A DNA stretch of 64,000 nt, taken from NCBI GenBank assembly GCA_904063045.1, contig CAJFCJ010000003.1, positions 2,962,504 through 3,026,503 of the forward strand, written 5' to 3'. The first letter of the stretch is position 1. Every line of letters begins with the position of its first letter. The notes beneath the pieces were generated by a model, which was given only the letters and a program-made list of their open reading frames with translations, was not told where the DNA came from and made no database searches. Shown here piece by piece: positions 28,388-39,800 of the stretch. Position numbers and translations under genes: made by a program. The stretch comes from Dimorphilus gyrociliatus (lineage: Eukaryota; Animalia; Annelida).

Positions 28388-31176
28388 TAGTTATATATAT
28401 ATATATATCTATTTTAAGTGAAAAAAATGGGCTAATATTACATTTTAACAAAATTAAAAAGTTTTGACATTCAATTGAAATTTTTAACTTAAATTTAACA
28501 ATAGATATATAATAATCTGGAAAACAAAACTCTTTTATAAAGGAAATGATTAAAACCATAGTCCTATAGCCGAAGCATTATGTATTTATATATACTGTAT
28601 ATATATACATATACATATAAAATTTATATATACAGTATATCATAAATTGTTTCTGTTTTGCAGCAAAACTCAAATATTTAACTATGAAAGTTAAATTTCT
28701 TGTATATACAGTATATATATATATATATATATTATATATTTTGCTATGAGGTAAATATGAATGATGAAAACTCTTTGAAACGCTTATCTTCTCAATGTCT
28801 TTCTTATTCTCTTATTGGTTATTTTTTTAATATTATAATTTAGAAAAAGATTATTAAAATTATTAAACTAACTTCAATAATATACATTTACAATGAAGCA
28901 ACTCTAGAGACTCAAAAATATAGACATTCTAGGCTAATTAGAAGCTGTAGAAACCTGGAAAAATATTTATATTTCGCGTGCTTTTATTGTTTATCGTAAT
29001 GGAGTTTGTTTTCAGGAAAGCGAATATTGATTAGCTGAAATGTTAAGACTATTTGCATATTGCCTTGCTTTCTCTTCTTTCCGCATAAATTCCTAATCAA
29101 AACAGAATATTTAAAAAAAAAGTAAAAGACTTAAGAATAGGCTGATAAATCATAAGAAATTTCTCTTCAGCAGGAAGTAACAGCCACCCACACGTTTAGC
29201 GCATATGCTCTACGTATACTTTTATGGTAGATTAATTGGAAGGTATTAAGTAATTTATATTTATATTTATCATATTATTTTTTGAGTTTTTTGATATACG
29301 ACAATTTTACTCCTTTATTTCAAAAGATATACTTAATAAACTTTATCTAATTAGTTTGTAATAGATAGTTAATTTACAGCTAACAGTTTACTTTTACGTG
29401 AAGCATAAATAGAAGAGAGAAAATATATATACTCCATGTGTTAGTAGTATCTAACCACTTACGAACTGTTCAGTCAATATCTGAACTACCAAGTTAACAC
29501 TTGAATATCGTAGATCATGCTGCGATCTATCCAGAAAATAGTTAAATGGTGTTACTTAATTATTTAAATTACTTAATATGAGAAAGAACTGTCTGAGGAA
29601 AGGCAACTGCAAAATATAATATAAACTAACTGCTTTTCTTAAATATATTTAAATAATAATGTAGAATTTGTTTTTGCTATTAAATATAGTAGAACTCAAT
29701 TTCATACATGTATTAGTCATTTATTGCAGTGGCCTAGGTAACGGGCTGCCTCCCAAACAGTTTACAAATAGCTAAATTTCACTTGGCGGTATTAATATAT
29801 ATATATAAAAAGCATAAATGTGTAAAATCTGTTCGTTGCAATAAACTAATCGTTAATAGGAAAATAAAAGGTAAAACTCGAGCACTTTTTTCCTTTTCAA
29901 AGAAAAACGACCAGGAAAAGTCTAAAATCTTTTGACTATACGTGATTTTGTACGGAAGAGAGCAGACTAAGGTTAACACGTCATTAAACTAGTAGAACTC
30001 CACTAGCTCATGTCACTTTCACGTTTTTTTTTTAACTGGAATTGGTCAATTTCCTTGGACCTTATTCCCTTATTAAGTTACAGCAGAGACTCAATAAAGG
30101 AACCTGTTCAAAGGCAATCAAATAAGAAAGAGAAGAAGTTTTTTTTAAAGAACTATTTAACTCTTTTAAATATAGATATTGAGGAAAACACTGGCTAAAT
30201 ACAGTAAATTTCGTCGAAATGCTCAGACGTGCACGGAATTAGCCTTAAATTAACCTTTAGATGATTGTATTTCATTATTTCTACTGTTTTCTATTCTAAA
30301 AATACAGAGAATGTAAGGAAATGGCCATAGTTTGATATATAGAATTTAAAAAATATTACTCAAGTGAAAGGAAAGAGGGCGCAACTTTATTTCGATTCAG
30401 AATAATATTCGAAGCCGAAATCTATCTGTACACATATATAAAGAATTATTTTGTACCATTTATTTAAACTCTCCTCAAACATCTAAATAATGTTAAACAG
30501 TATATACATATGCTTTATATACTATAATTAATTGCAATAAAATACCCTGCAAAGGTAATGAAACTTTGCAGAATTATTTGTTTATTAAAACCAGTTAACC
30601 AAGATTCTGTTTCTTAGAAGTACCTATAATAATATAACGGATGATAAAAATACAATTCGAATTATGTTGATGATGTAAAAATAGAGGCATGTAATTAGAG
30701 ATTGTCTATACAATAATATTTATTATTATAAATATAGTATATTGCTGAAAATCTGGAACGAGAACCAATTTTTAACTGTTTATTAAGGGAAATAATATGA
30801 TATGATGAGATACGATATTTTTAATATGGTGCGGTGAGTAAGGAGCTTAAAAATAGATACAATTTAATAATATAATTTGATTCTTTTTTATTGAAAGCGT
30901 AAAAAAATATATGTTTCAGAAATATACCACAAGCACTGCAAACACGATCCAATTGGTAAGTTTGGTATAAAAGAAAGGCCTAGAATACACTATATTATAT
31001 AAAATATGGACAAGTAAGAAAGATGATAATAAAAACAAAATATTCAGCTTTATTTTTCAACCTTCAGAAAATATTTTATAAAGACATTTGAATAGAATAG
31101 AGCCGTTAACTGAGTCCGATATCCTTCTTGGATGTCCAAAAATGAGTTTACTTTATTGAAAGAATCTATTTTCATA

Positions 31177-31224
<48 letters not shown>

Positions 31225-34200
31225 CTACATACATGTATATGTAGATATATAGTTGTATCTTACATACAGTTCATGTATAACGTCGGCGTTTTATATTTGT
31301 ATTTGAATAGAATTCAAAAATACCGTTAATCCAAGACTTCATGTATTATTTTGGTACTGCATAGTTGGCATATATTTTATTCTAAGAAATATAATATTTC
31401 CTAAAGCTTACTACTCTATATCAAAAGAGATAAAAAATATATTACCAAGAACGAACTAAACTCACATTGAAGGAATAAATACTAATATAAAATATAGGCA
31501 AAACACGAAACCAGATGAGGTTAAGAAATGAAGGTAAGAATAATTCTTTTTCAAAAAAAAATTGGTGTTTTGTTATTTATAGCGATTGTGGATTTTATCG
31601 CCTCAGAAGGCTTGATACGGTTCATTAATAGGGTATCATACGCATAGCAACATTGCTCTTGTGGGCGTTGGAGTTGTTTGTAAAAAAAGAAAATAATAAA
31701 AATAATATAAAAACAAAATAAAAAAGAGAAAGAAAGAAGGGAAAAAATAAGAGAAAGAGAAAAAAGGGAGAAATTTGATTCTTGTTTTTTGTAATATAAA
31801 AATTATATTGATTTTTTTTATCAAAAAATGCAAGGATATTCTTAAATTCAATCATGTATAAATCACTATTTCTCTTTGCTTACTTTATTTTTAAACCTAT
31901 CGAATAATAATTACAAACTAGCGTGACTTTACAAAAAAAAGAGTGCAGAGAGGGAGGAGGGGGAGGAGAGGAAAAGAGCAAGAGGGATAGGGAAAAACGT
32001 AAAATAGGGGAATTTTTATTATAAAAATAAAAAAATACTTCTATAACCAATTGAATAAAGAGGAATTTTTAAATTTAGATTAATTTCCTGTCTGTTTATT
32101 TCACTTCTTTTGTTCGAATGGCTAATTAACCTTTAACCTTTATCATTAAATTCTTTTTTAAAAATGATCTCATTCTTTATCATCATTATCTCCTCCATGA
32201 TTTTTTTCACTTTTAAAGAGTACAGGAAAAGGGAGAATGATAGAAGCAAAAACAGCTAGATAGAAAAGACGGAGGAATAGGAAAATTTAAAATATTGCAA
32301 AATTATTTATTATGGACAAGGGAGATTTTTGCTCTTAGAGTGAAAATAACATTAAACCCTAAAGTGTCGTAGCTTTAATTTGTACGTGCTTTAATTCTTT
32401 TTCATATAGGCACAAGGTTAAATATAGTATAAAATAACAAAACTATGTAACTCAACCTTTTCTTTACACCCGTGAAGGATAAGTTTAATCCCAGTTGAGT
32501 ATTCCTTGATTCTTTTAGATTTTCCTGAGGTTTTTTGAGACTTTAAATAATTATTTTACAATTCTCGTTTGCAAAGATTTTTTTTAAATACTGTATTAAT
32601 TATGTTATTTCTTTGCAGTGTGTTACTAAATATAGACTATATTTTGACTCATGTAACACTATTCAAATATTGACTCTTGTGAGGATTTGGATGAAAAAGT
32701 ATAAACAATTATACTTTGAAAAAATAAATAGCTAATGAGAATAAGAGGACGATATTATGAGAAGGGTTTCGACTTCTAAGTAAGATAGAGAAAGTGAGAA
32801 AAAGTAGAAATAGAGAGGTAAGTCCGGAAAAGCAATAGGAAAAAAGTTAGCAAGAAATATTGAAATATAGAAGATAAATAGAGGGTGACTGGGAGAGAGA
32901 GAGAGAGAGAGAGAAAGCGAGAAAGAGAACTGATAAATAGGGGGCGAAAAGAACAAGCAAGCTACACGCATATATATATATATATATATATGTATATTGA
33001 GTTTACTATAAAATATTACTATTTGATTTGCATATTGATAAAATTGAATAAATTAATTAATTGAGAGAAGACGAGAGATGGTTAATAATATCAACTTCAA
33101 TTTTAAGTCTATTTGATTTGAAGAACTTGTAGTACCAATTAAGGCCATTTAATGAAATTCCCCTTTAGCAATTGTCAATGTTGCCAAATAATAAAAATGT
33201 ACAATAGCATTTGTCTACCAATATAATACATGTGCGTTTTTCGTGAAATTTTCCATTCTCTTTCGCTGTTTGAAGAGTAATGAAGCTCAACGCCAACGCT
33301 TAATGCTTTTTCCTTAATTACGCTTGCTTGCCTTTATTCGAAATTTGCACTGTAAATAGACCGGATTACCTCAGCAATTTTTCGGGCAACGCCATCTATT
33401 TTGTTACCCCCCCTTCTTTCCCCCCTCCATTTCTGTCTCATGTCACCTCTCTATCTATCCTCTGTCTTTGTGTCTGTCTCTCACTGTATCTCTCTTTATC
33501 TCTGTCTAATCCTATTTTGCTTATTTCAAAAAAAAATTAAAAAAAAAGACATTGAAAGACTTTACAGCCTTTTTAGAAATTATGACATTTTAGAAGAAAA
33601 CGTGCCTCCACGACGCCGAATTGTCACGCAAACTATTCCAGGTAAGCCTTGTTTGTAAACGAAATTATTATACCGGAAAGAAAAAAGTAGACTACTAGCG
33701 ACCTCTTACTTATCTAAACTATACTAAAGCGAAGAATGCACGGAAACCTATTTTTAAGGGTATAAGTATTATTTCAAAGAAAACTTTACCATTGAAATCA
33801 AGACAGAATAACCTATATTTATTATTTAATTAAAAAACCTATTTGAGGGGATAAAGGAAAATGGGTCAGTAATTCTCTCAAGTTCCTTAGTGGAGGATCA
33901 TGAATAAAAAGAGGAGGGAAAAACTTGCAATACTTGAAATAAAAGAAAAGGAAAGTGTAATTAAAATTCATTAAAAATATCCTTAAGATAATCCTTTGCA
34001 TTGAAAAGCAAATAAGGCTTTTTCAGTAATCTTTAATAAGTATAACTTTGAATTGAAATTGAATGAAAGTGAATTTTTCAAGTATGAAAAATAATTATCT
34101 TCTCTAATTAATAGGTCATCTATATTAAATAAACAATTAATTAAACTTGAAAAAGTAATACATATATGTTGCGTTAGTTTTCTCTTTCTCCCTTTCTCTC

Positions 34201-36814
34201 TTTCTCTCTTTCTTTTTCCTTTCTTTCCTTCGTTCCTTCATTCATTCATTCATTCAATTATATTATTTTTCTTGTATATTATGAGAGTAAAATTGTACTT
34301 TTCAGTTTAATAAACCCTTATATACGAAAAGGGAATACTATGCTAATATTTTCATACCGTAATCGTCAAAATATTTTGAAATATTAATGAGTATATTATC
34401 AATGTAATTTTTTATAACGACTTAACTATTAATTAATTAAATATAGTAAATATATGAATTTATATTCATTCATCTGTCTATATTTACAGGATATGAGTGT
34501 AGACAATTTCGTGAAATTTGACCTTAAGAAATCAATATTTCCAATTGGAAAAAAAATCTTTTGCATTAGTTTTTTGTCAATTTCAATTTTAAAACTGTAA
34601 ACTTTGGCGTTTCTCTCTTTCATTAATAATTTTTCATATTCAACTGAAACCTAAAAGATAAAAAGGCTGACGAGAGAAATTATTAAAACGTGAGCTGTCT
34701 ACCTAATATGGATTATTCCGAGTAGGTTCCTCACGAAATTGTCTCTTCTAATTATTCGTTCCCTTACAGAATCATTTGAAATAGACAATTACCACAAAAA
34801 TATTTCGTTTCCTCAATTAAAATTCTTGAAAACCTTTATCAGAAATCTCATAAAAAATTTAGCCTAATTTGCCTCTAAGAAGAATATCATACGTTCTCAC
34901 TGGCCCTAATTATCATCCACTTAATTGTTTTCATAATATGAAAGACGAGATTCTCAGTACTTGAGAAAAAATCTGCTTGTAAAAGAAAATAATCTGTTAA
35001 AATTCTCTTGTACGTGGTGAACAGATATTAATTAAGCCTATGGAGGTTTATTAATCTTTGATGTTATAATACTAGATGTTAGTAATGAGATAGCAGTTTC
35101 CCCTGTCTTTGTTACCTATTTTCTTTCAGTTTTCCTTACTATGCAAGCTGATTGTATGAATAAAATCGAAATTTCTATCAGAGAAATGTTTACTTTCTTT
35201 ATATAAAGACAGGTATCGCCATCTACGTTTGAAAAAAGCCAAATTGTTATGACCAACAGCAAGAGAGTATTTATCGTCTGCATAAAAAATCGAAAAGGCC
35301 CAATTTTTACGCTTCAATTTCCATAGGATTTTTCCTCTTTAGAGTCGAATAAAATAATTTCAAACCATATTTTCCTTTTTTACATCAAACGTACGTTTAA
35401 TATTGATTTCTTTTAAGAGGTGATAGATATATTATCGGAAAGATAAAACTTGCTTAATAATATCTTGGTTGTGTTATAAGTATGATTAATGTCATTATTA
35501 TTTGAGCGCAATCGCCTCTAAATGATTGGCAGTTAATAAAATTTTATGGAATGGTTTTGATTTATGAAATGTGTAAAATGAAAAAGAGAATGGAAAAATA
35601 AATAAAACGTTAGGCGATTCCTCTCAATCATCTTCACTTATACGTTGTATGATGTGCAATTTCCTTCCTATTTGTAACTATTGCATATCGGTTGTTAATA
35701 CGTAAAGAAACTAGGGAGCATACAAAAAAGAATTTGATCGATTCTACTTATAACCATCGGTTAGTGGAACCTAGAAGTTGCCGCTTCTGTAATCTCCCTT
35801 TTCTCAAGTGCCCCCCTGATATATTCCCATGTAGAAAGGGATCTTTTACAAAGAGCAAAAAGCTAAAAAGCCTCCTTGTTCCTATACAACGCCATCTACC
35901 TTAGCCCTTGAGCGAGCAGTTACCAAAATTAAGCGCAACATCTAAGGGGAGGAAAAAGGAGAAAATTTTTCAAAAGTCGTCTGATTTTGGCAATGACAGA
36001 ATGAAGAAAATCCGTTCTCACTAAGATAGGGAGGTGACAAATTTAGAGCGGACGCTATCAATTATGTAGCGAATCAGGCGTCGATACAACGCCTCGTCTA
36101 CCGTCCGAATATTTACACTCTGGCACCACCGACAAACAGTCCGCCACGTGATAAGGATCGAATCTCAATATTTATAGGCTAACTGTTAGTTGAGTTTATA
36201 ATATGAGGAAAATCGACATTGTACAGAGAAACTGTTTTTTCAGCATGCAGTGACAAACGGTCTGCAAGAAGAGTATTATCGAATCAACGACCGCAAACAG
36301 CTGCGCCTCCTTTGCGGTGTGAGAGATTGTCCTGGACGATTTAATGTTAGCTAAAAATGTGTACAGGCTATTCCTTGAATTCTTTTTTGGGCAGCTGTTA
36401 AAAAAGTACTTGTTGCCGTTTGCATTATTTACCTAACGGATTGCTTGGAAACGATTTTGTGCGAGTTTATATATAGTCTAATGGAATTGCAATGGCAGTA
36501 ACTAATATTTTTTCAACGCTTTCTACCGTTTCAACGCCCTCTCTAGGGAATTTTTTCAGCCTATAACTGATAACTTTTTCTTTTATCTCCATATATAAAC
36601 ACGGAAACTAACTTTTTCTCTTTTTTTTTCCATAAAAAATATCATTTTTTCTGTATTTTTTTCGTTTGCAAAAATTGGCTTTGTTTCTTTAAACCTTAAT
36701 ATATTAAGATTTTTTTAATCCAATTTTCAGGTTTAGTTTCGTTTTTCTGTCTTTCATTAATAAAATACATTAACAATCTCATTTTTTTGTGAAAAAAATA
36801 AATCCACAGTTCTA

Positions 36815-39800
36815 TCATAATGTTGCATTGCTGGTTTGAGTCAATGCGTGTCGTCCTCGATATTTGCCGAAGAGGATCTTACGAAAAGCGTGCCGAAAAT
36901 CCGGGTTGAAAAGCGTATAAATAACAGGATTGAGTAGGGAATTTGCATATCCGAGCCAGGAGATTACCGACTTGATAAGCGACGGTAAGTGGCAAAATTG
37001 CCGGCAGAATGGTTCAACAACGGCAACAATAAAGAAAGGTAACCAGCAAAGGACGAATGTACCCGTAATGATAGCCAATGTTCTTGCAGCTTTTCTTTCT
37101 CTTTTTGCCTCTAATTTATCCCTGGATGAAACATTTCTAGTCAAACCTTCCGCTTCCGTTGAACTCGTACTGTTATTCGATTGCTTTTCTGTAGTAGCAG
37201 ATTACGCTTATGATCAAGAAGGGCACCCTTCTTTTTTTCACCAAACCTTTATATCCCTCTTTTCCATCTCCTTATTCCCATCCCATTCTCCTCATATCCC
37301 TCTCAATCTAAGTCCCTCCCTTCTGCCCCGTTTTTCCCATTAAAAAATGGATATAATATGCAATAACCACGAACGTAATTTGCTACTACGTTTGCTTTTT
37401 TTCTTTTGAGATTTTTTGAAGCGTTTTTTTCGTATTCGCGACTTGGCCGCGTCGTATATCTTGATATAGATAATAATCATGACGAGTAGGGGCAAATAGA
37501 ATGCTCCAAAAGTGGAGAAGACGGTATAGCCTAAGTCCTGACTGATTCGACAGATACCACTTAGATCAGGGTCTGTGGCTGTCTCTTTCCAACCAAAAAG
37601 CGGTGGAACAGATATGGAAATGCCAACTATCCAACTAAGCGATATCATGATTAATATCGTTCGAGCCGATCGATTCCTTACATAGTCGACACGAGTAACG
37701 GCCCAATAACGATCTAGGGCTATGCAAACTAGATGCAATATGGAAGACGTGCAGCATAAGACATCAAAACTTATCCACATATCGCAGACCTGTTGCAATC
37801 AGAAAATCAAAAAACGTTAGTTATGGCAGTTTTAGTCGGATGAAAGGCACACTTCTGCTATCTACTGTTTCCAGAATCGTTTCTATACTCCTGTTTACAT
37901 CCAAGCTTAAATTCTCTTTCCCCCCAGCCAACCTCTCCTTTACCCCGTTCTTTGCCCTTTATCTACCTTCCATCCCTTCATATTTATAATTTTGGATTAG
38001 GCATAAAACCTTTTATTCCCTTTAAAGATAACTTTTTAAGAAAAAGAAATCGTTGGAAGCTCAGTAAAAATTTTATGCTCAAAAGAGAATGAAAAGAACT
38101 TTTTTGTGTTATCCTACGCAATAATCGCCCTTATTAATTTCCTTATTAGTCACCTTTCATTCTTCCTCATCTTTTTATTTTAACTAAAGTTATATACTAG
38201 AGCTATCTTTAGCAGGAAGCTATGTTTAGTACATATATATCTATATTTTAATTTTTTCCCCTGCTGACTTAAGTGGTCATAGCGTCCTGGTCACTTGATT
38301 CCTCTTTCTATAATATTTATTGTTTGCAATAAGGTTATTTGTTCTACATATATTTTATTGTAAAATGAGATTTTGTCTTTTATACTTTGTTTTAGCACTA
38401 CCATTGCCTATTTACAGTCATATTCCTAAAACAAAAAATACCAGTTTTCAATCAAATAAAATTATATACTATCGTAATTGTAACAGGATTCTTTTTAAAT
38501 GAGAGTACTGAAGAAAAGATTCTATAAAATTTACCTTTCTAATTGATGTAGTTTAAATTTTCAAGTTGTATAAGACATAAGATATACTTTTCTATAGTTG
38601 GATACTTCCTCTTTGAAGGTATTAGAAAGGAAAACGGAAATTCTATAATAGAGAGAGCACGTAAAAATCTTACTTTTTTTTTACTTGCTGCAAGGAAGAT
38701 ACTGTATTACTAACAGCATCGTAAGAATGATAGACTGCAAAAAGATACAATTTAGCTTGCATGATTAAATAATTCTTTTTACTTTTCTTATATATATTTA
38801 GGCCCTGTCATGGCAAATATATATCCCTAATTTTATGAATTGCCTACCCTAGATGGGTTTTTTTATGATTATTGATAAATAACTAGATATCTACAATTCG
38901 CTTTTCGTTATGAAAGATTATATAGACAAAATATAACAAGTAAAAGACAAAAATATTCGTGCAGATTGTTATTACTGGGCAAAAGAAATCCAGATTTACT
39001 AAATTTACAAATACTTGTCAAAGTAGAGAATTTTTTTTCCACTCCTAAGAAGAATATTCTATGATTAAACTAGGCCAAAAATATCCATATTTCCCTTTAC
39101 TTTCAGATCTTGAATAAAACTCTCTTTATATTCTCTCGAGCTATGATTTTTCCTTTCTTTTACTAAAAGATTATTTACTTTATATTTGGGAGATCGTGCA
39201 TAAAAAAGGAAAAATGCCGTCTACTCGAACGAACACAAAAGATGTAAAAAGACAGAAGATGATATCCTAATAATTTTATGCAAATCCGTATTCTTTTTAT
39301 AGAAATTCGTTTTTTTTTTCAAGATAAGTCAATTTATTGTTAAGGTAACAGTTTAGTATTATATTAACTAACTAAATGATATCAAATATTACACTTAGTC
39401 TTTGTGTTTTCCAAGCGAAATTGTGCGTTAATAATTTAACTGATGTGGTTAATTAAGTCTAACAGCTTTAACATTTATATATTGAAATATTAATTAATAC
39501 CAGTCAGAATCACAATTGCTAAAGTTAACGCATACAATCGGCTAATTTTTGTAGGTCATCAGGGGAAATAAAGACTTTTTGTCATGAAATCACAAATTTT
39601 GTTTGCATTAGAGTTGAAATATATAGGAATAATAAAAAGCTACATTTTTTTTGTCTCTCGTGGTGTTGAAAAAACACAAGGAAAACTATTCTCATATTCT
39701 AATGTTGTCTTTTAATGAAATTTTCAGCTGTTTCGTTAAAACCCCTCGCAAATTGAAAGTGTATACCAGATTTTTCCCATCAAAAGATGTAAAGACGTGC

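Noticed and set aside
18213-34623. Numerous 60-116 aa ORFs rich in IY/YI or SL/LS runs
   Set aside because: They are translations of (TA)n and (CT)n microsatellites, with no start/splice context or homology.
36930-37343. 137-aa plus-strand ORF
   Set aside because: It is antisense to the 5-HT1 coding exon and intron, has no recognisable domain, and is a typical shadow ORF.
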